From: Bacteroidales bacterium
GTDB taxonomy: Bacteria; Bacteroidota; Bacteroidia; Bacteroidales; UBA4417
Direction of reading: 5' to 3'
Assembly (NCBI GenBank): GCA_030654075.1
Contig: JAURYB010000172.1
Coordinates: 3,285 to 67,284, forward strand
Length of the DNA stretch: 64,000 nucleotides
Part shown: piece by piece, positions 1 to 9,436 of the stretch
Position numbering within the stretch: the stretch's first letter is position 1
Layout of the letters: each line of letters opens with the position of its first letter
Position numbers and translations under genes: made by a program
Notes under the pieces: model-generated
Databases searched by the model: none
Told to the model about the DNA's origin: nothing
The model's input: only the letters and a program-made list of their open reading frames with translations

Positions 1-1
1 C

Positions 2-376
2 CTAAAAAATCACCAGGATAAGTTTAATCAGGAGAGCGGTAATCAAGGTTATGGCTGAAACAATCATTATAAAAAGCCCGAATTTACCAACATTCCCTTC
101 CGAATCACGGGCTATGTAACCTGTAATTACACCAACAACAGCAAAGATGATTAATAGTGTTGCTGCAATTGTTGACCCGGAAATAAGACTAAGGACTACT
201 ATTCCTGGCAATCCAACAAGGGCAATAAGTCCGACCGTGAGACAGCCTTTGGCTTGTATGAAATCGAAGAGTACCGAGAAAAATTTGATCAGAAAATATA
301 GGATAAGCACACTGAAAAGCAGGATGGGAATAAGTACCCAGGGGCTTGCATCACCTATCCGAATGGCAGTTTCCAT
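2..376 (-). CDS. small integral membrane protein, function unknown
   Basis: 124-aa ORF, ATG at 376, TAG stop at 2-4. Almost entirely hydrophobic stretches (LIPILLFSVLILYFLIKFF, LIALVGLPGIVVLSLISG, LLIIFAVVGVITGYI, LFIMIVSAITLITALLIKLILVIF), about 4 TM segments. Confidence 0.5.
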   Translation of the reverse strand: METAIRIGDASPWVLIPILLFSVLILYFLIKFFSVLFDFIQAKGCLTVGLIALVGLPGIVVLSLISGSTIAATLLIIFAVVGVITGYIARDSEGNVGKFGLFIMIVSAITLITALLIKLILVIF

Positions 377-451
377 ATTGTTAGTCTTTTAGTACTTAAG
401 TGTTTCCATGAATGACAAAAGGAAAAGTATTTCTGTCATATTTCTCTGACA

Positions 452-1882
452 TCATTTAACAATAGCCCTTATCATTTCTTTGAACATCTGTAAATGGATT
501 GGCAACAAAAGGTACCAGTACAACCTTCCGCTCAAACCATGAGGCATGAATGTTGCAGTCTGGTAAAGGTAGTATCCATCGGTTTTTTTAACGATCCTGA
601 ATTCGAGCCATGCCTCGCCAGGGACTTTCATTTCGGCGAACAATAACAATCGCATTTTATCCCTGTCGGCAATCAGTACCCGCCAGAAATCCAACGAATC
701 GCCCGGATTCAGGTCAGATGCGCTCCGCCTTCCTCTCCTTAGTCCAACGCCTCCAACCATTTTATCTATCAGGCCTCTTACTTTCCAGATCCAATCCGCA
801 TAATACCAGCCTGTATCTCCACCAATTGAAAAAACTTTGTTCAACACACGTAGCGGATCGCCTTCGATACGAGAAATCCGCCTGTCGTGCATCACTCCGT
901 AAGTCGGGACTTCCAGCCGCTGAAATAACTGCCCTGGTTTTCTGAAAGAAACAGCGTCAGTCCAGCTCGACTGAACTGTATCCAGGTTAATTCTCTCCAA
1001 CGCCCTTTTGCAGGCTTCCTTATACGTTAGCGGAATGATTCCCAATATATCTTTAAGCCTCGTATCCTTGCAAACTACTTCTACTTTCATGCTGTCAACC
1101 AGGTTAACTGCCAGGTAATACGAGGTAGAAGTTACGAAGTAAAGCCAGTATGAAGAAATCCTGGGACTTATAAACGGTACTACAAATATGTGCCGTTTCA
1201 ATCCCCTGACTTCAGCATATTTTAGCATCATTTGTTTATATGAAAGTATCTCTGCTCCACCTATATCAAACGTTTGATCGTACGTAGCCGGATTAAGCAT
1301 ACATCCTAAGAGGTATTTCGGAACATTTCCCACAGCAATCGGCTGGCAAAGCGTTTTTACCCAAGTCGGGGCAACGATCACCGGCATTTTTTCCATCAGG
1401 TCCCTTATAATCTCGAATGAAGCGCTTCCGCTTCCTACAATGATTCCGGCCCGGAGAACAGTGACATGTTTTTCGGATTTCTGCAGAATATCTTCGACAT
1501 TCCTCCTGGATTGCAAATGCCTGGAAAGCTTTTTTGAATTGGAAATCCCACTCAGGTAGATAATTTGCCGGCAATTTGTGTTTTTAATAAATTCAGCGAA
1601 GTTACCGGCAGACAATGCTTCTTCATTCATGAACTCCGAAATAGAAGTTGACATGGAATGTATCAGGTAGAATGCTACATCAATATCCAATGTATACAAT
1701 GACGCAGGAACTGGTTTCAGAAGATCGGCTTCAATTCCACGTATTCCTTCCATCGATTGTTCGGAAGTCATTAAGCGTTCCAGGTTTCTGACCAGGCAAA
1801 TAACTTCATGACCTTCTTCCCGCAATTGTTGCAACAACCTTTTTCCAATGTAACCCGTACTACCGGTAAGCAATATTTTCAT
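452..1882 (-). CDS. NAD(P)-binding SDR/NmrA-like oxidoreductase with extra C-terminal domain (DUF2867-like, from memory)
   Basis: 476 aa. N-terminal Rossmann motif MKILLTGSTGYIGKRL (TGxxGxxG) typical of extended/atypical SDRs. The roughly 150-aa C-terminal extension needs an HMM search to name. Confidence 0.7.
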   Translation of the reverse strand: MKILLTGSTGYIGKRLLQQLREEGHEVICLVRNLERLMTSEQSMEGIRGIEADLLKPVPASLYTLDIDVAFYLIHSMSTSISEFMNEEALSAGNFAEFIKNTNCRQIIYLSGISNSKKLSRHLQSRRNVEDILQKSEKHVTVLRAGIIVGSGSASFEIIRDLMEKMPVIVAPTWVKTLCQPIAVGNVPKYLLGCMLNPATYDQTFDIGGAEILSYKQMMLKYAEVRGLKRHIFVVPFISPRISSYWLYFVTSTSYYLAVNLVDSMKVEVVCKDTRLKDILGIIPLTYKEACKRALERINLDTVQSSWTDAVSFRKPGQLFQRLEVPTYGVMHDRRISRIEGDPLRVLNKVFSIGGDTGWYYADWIWKVRGLIDKMVGGVGLRRGRRSASDLNPGDSLDFWRVLIADRDKMRLLLFAEMKVPGEAWLEFRIVKKTDGYYLYQTATFMPHGLSGRLYWYLLLPIHLQMFKEMIRAIVK

Positions 1883-1959
1883 GGATGGTATTCAATAATG
1901 ATTTTAAATCTGTTATTTATTGACTTGTTGTCTCTTTTCCAAAACGAGATTTGAAGTCA

Positions 1960-3462
1960 CTAATATAACTCTTTGTGGCATTCCGAACAGAACTTAGTTT
2001 TCCACTTCTCTTTTATCTGGGTTGGATGTTCAAACGGAAGTGTCGAGTTAATATATGCATTGGAAATATTTCCGGTAGGACCTTGTGCAATAATAGTGTG
2101 ACAGGTTTCGCAATTTCTTGAAATGGTTTCCCCTTTTGCCGTCTTATGCCTGTCGGAGTGGCATCGGAAACAACCTTCCGATTCCAAATGCCCAATGTGA
2201 TTGGGGTATTGACTTGCATCAGCCCTCATATAGGGAAATGCATTCAGGTTGTATTCTGCCTGGACAGCTGCAATCGCCTTCATAATACGTTGTTCCTCCG
2301 ATTTCATCACTTCCGGATGTTCGTCCTTGTAGTATTTAATAATGGTTTCGCTTATCTCACGCATGGCAATCTCTTTATCCTGAAAAGGTAGTTTTAATGC
2401 CTCCATGGCTGCTTCCTTGAAATAAGGCAGATTTTTTGAAATCAGGCCTGTAACGAACGCATTATCAAGATAATCGGGCGCGGATTTAAAGAGATGGGAT
2501 GCGCGGTTGTGACAATCCATGCAATCCATTGTGCGTACCTCCAGTTTATCAAGTGTTTTCTTGTCAAGTGAATTTTCTTCATCCTCGAAAATCTTGACTT
2601 CTCCGGTTTTAAGGTTTGTAAGCTTTACCCATGGTATGCTCTCCCGGTTGCGTGTATCGGAAATATACTCAATCCGGAAATTTTTATTGATATGCCAGTG
2701 TATACCTTCCGAATTACCCATTGATTTGAATTCCGGGCCTATTTTCATGACAAGGGACAGGTTCCATTCGGTGTTGGCTGAATCAGCAAGGTATGAACGT
2801 TGCACACGCAGTTTCCTGGAATAAAATTTTTCGGGCCAGTGGCATCGTTCGCAGGTTTCGCGTTCCGGCCGCATGCTTTGAATAGGAGTGGGGACAGGCC
2901 TTGGGTATTTTTTGAAAAGGGTAGAGTATACCTGGTATAGTCCCGACAGTTTTGATTTAACATACCAGTCGGCACCTTGCCCAACATGACATTCAACACA
3001 GGTAACCCTGGCATGCGACGAATGCTGATACGTTACGTACTCCGGTTCTTCCACCTGGTGACAAAGCTTACCGCAGAACTCATTTGATTCGGTATACTGA
3101 TAAGCCCTGTAACTTCCCATAGCTGAAGCAACAAGGAAAAGTGTGGTGATCAGGAAAATTTTAACCAAGGTTGCCCGATCCATTCTTTGGTTAAGATCGA
3201 ATACCGGCCAGGATTCGTTACGTAGCTGCGCCGCTTTTCTTTTACGGATATTAATAACAACTCCAACCGGAATCAGAATTAATCCCAAAACTAAAAATGC
3301 CGGTAATACGATATAAATGTAGAGTCCCAGGGAAGTGCTGGTTTGTGTTGAAATAACCGAATAAAGATAAAGCACCAGGATTAAAATCAAGCTATTGGCT
3401 GTAACAATAAAGCCCGTTAGGCTTAGCCAGTTGTAAAATGCTTTGATATTTTTATCAGCCAC
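1960..3462 (-). CDS. membrane-anchored multihaem cytochrome c, NapC/NirT-like, ImcH-like architecture (7 haem motifs)
   Basis: 500 aa, GTG start. Two N-terminal hydrophobic helices. Six CxxCH motifs (CVECH, CERCH, CMDCH, CFRCH, CETCH, CSECH) plus CGKLCH (CX3CH) in the NapC-like position just after the membrane anchor. Confidence 0.8.
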   Translation of the reverse strand: MADKNIKAFYNWLSLTGFIVTANSLILILVLYLYSVISTQTSTSLGLYIYIVLPAFLVLGLILIPVGVVINIRKRKAAQLRNESWPVFDLNQRMDRATLVKIFLITTLFLVASAMGSYRAYQYTESNEFCGKLCHQVEEPEYVTYQHSSHARVTCVECHVGQGADWYVKSKLSGLYQVYSTLFKKYPRPVPTPIQSMRPERETCERCHWPEKFYSRKLRVQRSYLADSANTEWNLSLVMKIGPEFKSMGNSEGIHWHINKNFRIEYISDTRNRESIPWVKLTNLKTGEVKIFEDEENSLDKKTLDKLEVRTMDCMDCHNRASHLFKSAPDYLDNAFVTGLISKNLPYFKEAAMEALKLPFQDKEIAMREISETIIKYYKDEHPEVMKSEEQRIMKAIAAVQAEYNLNAFPYMRADASQYPNHIGHLESEGCFRCHSDRHKTAKGETISRNCETCHTIIAQGPTGNISNAYINSTLPFEHPTQIKEKWKTKFCSECHKELY

Positions 3463-3529
3463 CTGGATTCCGGTTATTATGTATTGGTAAAGATATATTT
3501 AATATTCTAAATATATGGATACCTGCAAA

Positions 3530-3543
3530 CTGATTTATATCAA
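3530..3543 (-). promoter_or_regulatory. possible CRP/FNR-type site CTGAT-TTAT-ATCAA upstream of the ImcH-like gene
   Basis: One mismatch to TTGAT-N4-ATCAA, 68-81 bp upstream of the GTG at 3462. I found no TAnnTTTG -7 box at the spacing seen for the other two sites, so support is weak. Confidence 0.3.
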
Positions 3544-3687
3544 TATATTATTGATTGTTGTGCAGTAGTCGTTTTATGGTTTTAAATCGATGAATTCCCT
3601 GATTTTATCGCTCACGTGAAATAATGAAACTGCTTATCCACTTTAAACAAGTTGGGAAGTATTTTGCAGATTGGATTAATAAAAAAG

Positions 3688-3845
3688 GAATTAAGAACAA
3701 GGATTATTCGCTCATTGCTTATTTTAAAACGTGCTCATGAGTCGCTTCGCTTGTTAACGATTTTTGGTTTTTTGATGTGTGTTGAATATCAATGAATTTT
3801 GCTAAACTTCATAAATCGTTAATCAATATTCCTTGTTCTTAAATC
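3688..3845. mobile_element. MITE-like palindromic element, copy 1 (158 bp)
   Basis: Terminal inverted repeats GAATTAAGAACAAGGA / TCCTTGTTCTTAAATC. Subterminal AACGATTT / AAATCGTT pairing. Same ends and subterminal sequence as the element at 46505-46610. Confidence 0.6.
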
Positions 3846-3905
3846 AAAAAGAAAAATCAAACTTGAACGAAGGAGATAAGCAGTATAATTAATAATTAAA
3901 CCCAG

Positions 3906-3945
3906 GAAAAAGCAAAAGCCACTTTTGGGGGAAGTGGCTTTTGCT
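3906..3945 (-). terminator. rho-independent terminator after the 5-gene cytochrome operon
   Basis: 14-bp perfect stem AGCAAAAGCCACTT / AAGTGGCTTTTGCT (3911-3924 / 3932-3945), 7-nt loop. On the minus strand it is followed by a T-rich tract (GCTTTTGCTTTTTCC). Confidence 0.7.
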
Positions 3946-4005
3946 TAAAAATATGTTTTTTAACAAGCTCAAATCTATGTTAAGCAAGGAAAAATTAGTC
4001 TATGC

Positions 4006-4908
4006 TTATGCTTTATTGCTTTCTTCAGGAGGTATTTTTGAAGATTTATTGATCATAACCAATTGTACCACTGCATACACATAATGTCCCCAAACACCCA
4101 GAAGCATTACGATAAGTGTTATAATCATCCAGAGTGGCGCAATGGGCGTCCACAATTCCCGCGAAGGACGATCCGGACTAATCAGGTGTTTATGCAATCC
4201 CCAGTTTTTATCAGATGAGCCTTGAACCGTGCCGAAAATATCATTTTCCTCAATAGAGGCAACAACAGTCAGATTTCCGGTTGAATCACCAATAATGTCG
4301 CGGGGAAATTCAGCTGTACCAATACCGGTTGAATCAAGAGATATTTCAGCAATTTTAAGCATGCTGAACATTTTCGGGACTGATATAATTACATCAACCG
4401 CTCCGATTGATACTTCAGTGCCATCGCTGTTAAGCTGAGTTCCTTCAACTTTCACATACCTGATGGAGTCTTCTTCATAAAATGAAACTACCAGTTTTGC
4501 CGGTTTAAGGCCAAATTCACCTTCTGAAGCTTCGTATTTGTCATTGCCATCATACATCGCTTTAAATGAAAGCATCTGCTGATCGTTGCGAAGGAATGTG
4601 TTACGTGCCGGGATTTTGAGAACCGCAGTTCCATGAACATCAGTTTTTACCTCGCCAATCTTCAGATCTCCATCTTTCTCAACAGAGTAAAAAATAACCG
4701 GCGCATTTACCAGGTTAGTACTTCCATCGTCGTGTTTAACACTAACAACACTTTTTAACTGTATGCTGTCGTCAGAAGTACTGACACAGGCAAATCTTAA
4801 TACTGTGACAGCCGGGCTGGTGGTATCAGCATTATTCCGGGCAAATCCCTGCATCATTCCTGCCAGGAATAAGATGACAAGTATGATTCCTGTTTTTATC
4901 CTTTTCAT
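4006..4908 (-). CDS. signal-peptide protein with beta-rich (Ig-like?) ectodomain and C-terminal TM anchor; last gene of the cytochrome operon
   Basis: 300 aa. N-terminal signal (GIILVILFLAGMMQGFA), long beta-strand-like body, C-terminal helix LWMIITLIVMLLGVWGHYVYAVVQLVMI. 47 bp downstream of the NrfD-like gene, same strand. Confidence 0.55.
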   Translation of the reverse strand: MKRIKTGIILVILFLAGMMQGFARNNADTTSPAVTVLRFACVSTSDDSIQLKSVVSVKHDDGSTNLVNAPVIFYSVEKDGDLKIGEVKTDVHGTAVLKIPARNTFLRNDQQMLSFKAMYDGNDKYEASEGEFGLKPAKLVVSFYEEDSIRYVKVEGTQLNSDGTEVSIGAVDVIISVPKMFSMLKIAEISLDSTGIGTAEFPRDIIGDSTGNLTVVASIEENDIFGTVQGSSDKNWGLHKHLISPDRPSRELWTPIAPLWMIITLIVMLLGVWGHYVYAVVQLVMINKSSKIPPEESNKA

Positions 4909-4955
4909 AAAAAAATCTTTTTGTCCTGTTTACTAATTAACTTATTGTAAATCTG

Positions 4956-6281
4956 TTACCTCAGATAAATGTCACCCGCTTCTTTAGGTTCCTCCTTAAG
5001 ATCAGAAACCTGAACAATGGGTATCATTTTTGAAGCCAGGGTGAAAAGCAGACAGAAGAGTGCAACACCACCTGCTGTAAGCGACCATTCAACCCATGTG
5101 GCTGAATAATGTGCCCATGCATCACGTGACTCCTGGATAGGAAGATAAGGTGATTCGAGTGTTGGCACTACAATAAGGTAGCGGTTCAGCCATAACGCAA
5201 TAATAACAATGAATGCTGCTATGGTAATGTTATTGATTGTGCGCAGTTTCTTAAAACCCACAACAATCAACGGAACCAGAACACCGATGTAATTGGAAAG
5301 GATAAACAAAGAGTAATAATCCTTGAACAGGATGGCTATAAGTTGTTCGTCATTTTTTTCAGAACCATACCATTTTGTGAGGTATTCGCTGAAGGTAAAG
5401 TAACCAAAGAAGGCAGCAAGTACCAGCATGATAACTCCAACATTCACGAAGTGTTTTAATGTAATATGTTCTTCCAGATGGTACACTTTTCGGAAAAAAT
5501 ACATAGCCACAATAAGTACGCCGGTACCGGAATATACAGCAGCAATAACGAAATACGGGCCGAAGATGGTGCTATGCCAGCCTGGCTGTAAGGTTACACT
5601 GAAAATCCATGCGAGTACGGAGTATACTATAATTGCAATGGCAATAACCATTCCTGCCATAATATCCGTTGATTTTTTCAACCGTAATTGCTGTTCGGGT
5701 GTTCCTGTATAACCAATGGCAAGAATTTTGTACATTTTTTTCTTCCAATTCGGAACTTTCAGTTCGTCAAAATCGCGGAGTTTAGCCAAATCGCGTAAAA
5801 GTGCCAGGTACAGGAAAAGTATACATCCGAATATATCGGTTGATATAGCAATAACGTCCCAGGTAATTGGCGACTGAATACGCCCGAAGAGAATAAGATT
5901 CGGAAGACGGTCGAGGCGGCCGATACACATCATGATAAAGCCCGGGCCTATTAAAAGTGAGATTATGGTGATAAACTCAGCCATACGGATTATAGGTTTC
6001 CTCCATTCAGCATGAAAAAGATGCAGTGCTCCCGAAATAAGTGCTCCCGCGTAACTGATACCCATAAAAAAGATGAAGTTCACGATGTAAACACCCCATA
6101 CAACGTTGTCGCGCATACCGGTAACAATATGCCCGCGCGAAACCTGCCAGTAAAGGGCGAAAAAACCTAACAGAACAACACCAACAAGAAATGTTATCCA
6201 CAGTTTACCCAGTGTTCCGGTGTGCTCAATCTGAGGCGCAAATTCCCGGAGTAAAATTTTCGAACTAGCCGTATCGCTCAT
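4956..6281 (-). CDS. NrfD/PsrC-family polytopic membrane quinone-interacting subunit
   Basis: 441 aa with about 10 hydrophobic helices. The ATG overlaps the stop of the upstream ferredoxin gene (TAATG). Gene order FeS-NrfD is typical of NrfCD/PsrBC/Hmc modules. Confidence 0.8.
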   Translation of the reverse strand: MSDTASSKILLREFAPQIEHTGTLGKLWITFLVGVVLLGFFALYWQVSRGHIVTGMRDNVVWGVYIVNFIFFMGISYAGALISGALHLFHAEWRKPIIRMAEFITIISLLIGPGFIMMCIGRLDRLPNLILFGRIQSPITWDVIAISTDIFGCILFLYLALLRDLAKLRDFDELKVPNWKKKMYKILAIGYTGTPEQQLRLKKSTDIMAGMVIAIAIIVYSVLAWIFSVTLQPGWHSTIFGPYFVIAAVYSGTGVLIVAMYFFRKVYHLEEHITLKHFVNVGVIMLVLAAFFGYFTFSEYLTKWYGSEKNDEQLIAILFKDYYSLFILSNYIGVLVPLIVVGFKKLRTINNITIAAFIVIIALWLNRYLIVVPTLESPYLPIQESRDAWAHYSATWVEWSLTAGGVALFCLLFTLASKMIPIVQVSDLKEEPKEAGDIYLR

Positions 6282-7243
6282 TACAGGGTCTCCTTATTTT
6301 TAAGATTTTTTACATAGGGGGTATTTTCAAATCTCTTGGTAACTTCCTCATCCAGGCCATCAAGTCCGCGTTCGAACGGGAATTGCCTGTCGACAGGTGG
6401 GAGATAATATACATTCGGACGGGTTCCAAGGTTATCAAGGTATTTGTAGCCGGAACGGTCGCGGATCAGTTCACTGAATTTAAAAGTTTCGGTTCCGTTG
6501 GTTACAACATCTTCGTCAATGTCGCCAAAATAGATAACTCCCATCGGGCAAGCGGATGCACAATACGGTAGCTTCCCTTCGCGGGCGAGGTCAGGACAGA
6601 AATCGCATTTGGAAACCGTTCCTTCAACACCCGGAACACTTTTCTCAGGTGAATAAGGCTGATCCGACTCATAAGCTTCTTCTGCTTTCCATGAAAATAC
6701 ACGTGTTGAATACGGGCAGCCTGTCATACAGAACTTACAACCGATACAGCGTTCGTTATCAATAAGCACAATACCATCGCTGCGCTTGTAGGTTGCACCA
6801 ACAGGACAAACACTCACACACTGGGGGTTATCGCAATGGTAGCATGGTTTTGGAAACCAGTAAGGTGCCGTTTTCTCTGAATCCTGCATAAGGTAAACTT
6901 TCATAAACTCCTGGTCTTTAGGAAGGTTATGTCCTTTTTGGCATTCCTCAACACACTTACGGGCATTTTTACATTTAGCCAGGTCAATTACCATAACAAA
7001 CTTACGGCCAGGAATACCTTCGTGGGATTCAACGCGGCCAACCGGCGCAAGTGTGAGGAAATTTTTATCTACTTCCATCACTTCACCTGAAGTGGTAAGT
7101 ACTTTGATCTTTTCACCTGATTCGCCGGAATTTTTACCAGTTGCTATCAAAGCTCCTGTTGCAACAGTACCGGCACCAGCCAACAAACCCAGTTTCAGGA
7201 AATTTCTCCGCGAGTTGTTGTCATCTTTCTTTTTATTTTCCAT
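6281..7243 (-). CDS. Tat-exported 4Fe-4S multi-cluster ferredoxin (NrfC/HybA/DmsB-like)
   Basis: 320 aa. Twin-arginine signal SRRNFLKLGLLAGAG. Cys clusters CKNARKCVEEC, CYHCDNPQCVSVCP, CIGCKFCMTGCP, CDFC...CASACP. Confidence 0.85.
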   Translation of the reverse strand: MENKKKDDNNSRRNFLKLGLLAGAGTVATGALIATGKNSGESGEKIKVLTTSGEVMEVDKNFLTLAPVGRVESHEGIPGRKFVMVIDLAKCKNARKCVEECQKGHNLPKDQEFMKVYLMQDSEKTAPYWFPKPCYHCDNPQCVSVCPVGATYKRSDGIVLIDNERCIGCKFCMTGCPYSTRVFSWKAEEAYESDQPYSPEKSVPGVEGTVSKCDFCPDLAREGKLPYCASACPMGVIYFGDIDEDVVTNGTETFKFSELIRDRSGYKYLDNLGTRPNVYYLPPVDRQFPFERGLDGLDEEVTKRFENTPYVKNLKNKETL

Positions 7244-7322
7244 GGTAAGCCATTTTAATGTTAAGTGATGAGGAAGTTTCGATCAATTCCGAACAGTAAG
7301 CTTTTCAGCTACCTGTCAGATT

Positions 7323-7940
7323 TCAGTGTGATTCGTGAAAGCCATTGATCATGCTCTTAAAATTACTTACAAAAGTTGCTCCTATGGTGCAGAAATATAT
7401 GTGAACAAACATAAAAAAGGATACAAAAAAACCAATAATGACATGGATAAAGTCATTGACTTTTATTCCGCTACCACTAAAAAATTTGGTTAAAACCACT
7501 TCGGGGTACAATAAAGCCCATCCGGTAATTATAACAATAGGCACAAGCACAAACATGGCAATTACATAGGTAAACTGTTGTAAAGGATTGAATTTGCTTT
7601 CTTTTGTAACAGGGAACGGAGGTCTTTCGTGTTTGAAAATACCAAATGTATAATACGTAAACTGTTTTATCAGCCTGGCAAATAAGCCTTTAAATGATAA
7701 TTTGTAATATTTTCCGTTAGGAGTGATAAAAGTTCCGATCAGAAATATCATATAATTAGCTGTGAGTATCATTCCGCTGATATTATGCATGGTAACAGCA
7801 ATATCGAACCTGATAAACGGGTTAGCCGGATTTGTATATTGCATACTTACACCGCTGATGATCAGGAGGATGATAAGAATGGCATTTAAGGCATGCCAGA
7901 GCCTGATCCACATGGGATATAGATATATTTTTTGTGACAT
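7323..7940 (-). CDS. dihaem b-type cytochrome membrane subunit (HydC/FdnI/PhsC-like, Ni_hydr_CYTB type)
   Basis: 205 aa, 4 TM helices with conserved His (WHALN, MHNISG, IHVIIG, VHIYF). The ATG overlaps the stop of the upstream haem-c gene (TAATG). Confidence 0.7.
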   Translation of the reverse strand: MSQKIYLYPMWIRLWHALNAILIILLIISGVSMQYTNPANPFIRFDIAVTMHNISGMILTANYMIFLIGTFITPNGKYYKLSFKGLFARLIKQFTYYTFGIFKHERPPFPVTKESKFNPLQQFTYVIAMFVLVPIVIITGWALLYPEVVLTKFFSGSGIKVNDFIHVIIGFFVSFFMFVHIYFCTIGATFVSNFKSMINGFHESH

Positions 7941-8923
7941 TATTTCTTACGTTTTATAATTCTGAGTGTTGCATGAATTGCTATACCAAATGCTACGCAT
8001 CCGAACATGATTAAACTTATCAATCCAAGGTAATAATTACGGTTGGCACCAATAACATATCCTTCGTTCATGATAACTCCGTTATAAAATCCGGCTTTGC
8101 TGCGTTCTTCCTGCACTTTGTATTTGTAAAGTGAAGCCATAAGGATTGAGTTGGTTGAATGACACTCAACGCACCTTCTTACTGCTTTTGCTTTTGGCTG
8201 AATATTATGTGCTACCAGGATTGAATCGTTGGTTCGCGCATGGCACTCGATACAACGGACATTTTTGAAATGCAGCGCCTGGTTAGGCAACCAGTCATGT
8301 TTTTGGAGGATATTGGGATTCACTTTATCCGTGAGCATCTGGTACTTGGTAATATCGGCGTGGCAATTCAGACAAATAGCGTTATCGTAAGCTACAATAT
8401 CTCTGATTTTTTCGTCCGAACGGGCGTTGATTTTATAGGTATGCGGATTATGACACATCCAGCAGTTAAAATCATCGCTGTGCTTTGTTGAATGCACACT
8501 CGACTGGAATTCAGTTTCAATATCTTCAAATTTAAATTTGGCATATGCTTCATCTCCGCCATGGCAGTCGATACAGGCATATTTCGATTCCATCCGCAAG
8601 CGTCCCGGGTGTGGGAAAGTATCATAGTCGGCAGAATGGCAATCTGTACATTTAAATGTTTTATGGTTTGATTCGTAAAATTCGGTACGGTTAATAATGG
8701 TTTCGAGGTACATTCTCTTGGTTACTTCGGTACCTGATTCCGGATTATTATATTTATACTTGGATTGCCCGTGACATTTCAGGCAATCTTCGTTGATTTT
8801 AATTGTTTCATCTTTGGGTTTGTTTTGGGCTTTTAATGTAATCGACATCATCGAAAAAAAGAAGAATGTCAAAATAAAAGCAACAGGAACTTTCCGGAAA
8901 TATGGAGTGAAAAGTGAAGTCAT
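7940..8923 (-). CDS. heptahaem cytochrome c with C-terminal membrane anchor
   Basis: 327 aa. Signal peptide. Seven CxxCH motifs (CLKCH, CTDCH, CIDCH, CWMCH, CLNCH, CIECH, CVECH). C-terminal helix LGLISLIMFGCVAFGIAIHATL. Confidence 0.85.
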   Translation of the reverse strand: MTSLFTPYFRKVPVAFILTFFFFSMMSITLKAQNKPKDETIKINEDCLKCHGQSKYKYNNPESGTEVTKRMYLETIINRTEFYESNHKTFKCTDCHSADYDTFPHPGRLRMESKYACIDCHGGDEAYAKFKFEDIETEFQSSVHSTKHSDDFNCWMCHNPHTYKINARSDEKIRDIVAYDNAICLNCHADITKYQMLTDKVNPNILQKHDWLPNQALHFKNVRCIECHARTNDSILVAHNIQPKAKAVRRCVECHSTNSILMASLYKYKVQEERSKAGFYNGVIMNEGYVIGANRNYYLGLISLIMFGCVAFGIAIHATLRIIKRKK

Positions 8924-8961
8924 TTTTTTTGAAAAAATTAGTAGAACAGGAATTTTTGAGG

Positions 8962-9005
8962 CAAAAAAAATAAAGGGTGTTCTGATTTTATCCTGAACAC
9001 CCTTT
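8962..9005 (-). terminator. rho-independent terminator after the cytochrome c gene
   Basis: Stem AAAGGGTGTTC / GAACACCCTTT (8972-8982 / 8995-9005). On the minus strand it is followed by ATTTTTTTTGCC. Confidence 0.8.
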
Positions 9006-9019
9006 ATCTGGCAAACAAA

Positions 9020-9436
9020 TTACTTTTTCATAGTACGGATATAGCCAATAACAGCCCATCTGTCAGCAACGTCTAAAATTTTCTTTTCGAAGTTAGGCAT
9101 TTCGTCGCGGCCGATAAATGACATGTAATAAAGTTCTCCATCAGTTTTAGCCTGGAATGCTGCTTTTGAAAAATCACCTGTTAAGGTTTTGAGGTTCGCG
9201 GCTTTTGGGCCATCACCTAGACCTTTTGCTCCATGGCATGATTTGCAATGCTTGTTGAAGTTTTCTTTTCCAATCGTGTTGATTGATGCGTCACCAGCTT
9301 TTACAGTACTTTTCATGTTTTTGTAAGTTGCCGGGATTGTCCAGGGACCGCCAGCTTTTTGTGCTATAGCCATATTGGCTGTTACAAAAGCAATAGCGGT
9401 GCAAATAATTGCGATAAGTTTAATTGAATTTCTCAT
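9020..9436 (-). CDS. class I monohaem cytochrome c (periplasmic)
   Basis: 139 aa from ATG 9436. Signal peptide MRNSIKLIAIICTAIAFVTANMAIAQ, single CKSCHG, distal Met region DEMPNF. The track ORF start at 9517 would overlap the upstream gene and adds a non-signal N-terminus. Confidence 0.8.
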   Translation of the reverse strand: MRNSIKLIAIICTAIAFVTANMAIAQKAGGPWTIPATYKNMKSTVKAGDASINTIGKENFNKHCKSCHGAKGLGDGPKAANLKTLTGDFSKAAFQAKTDGELYYMSFIGRDEMPNFEKKILDVADRWAVIGYIRTMKK

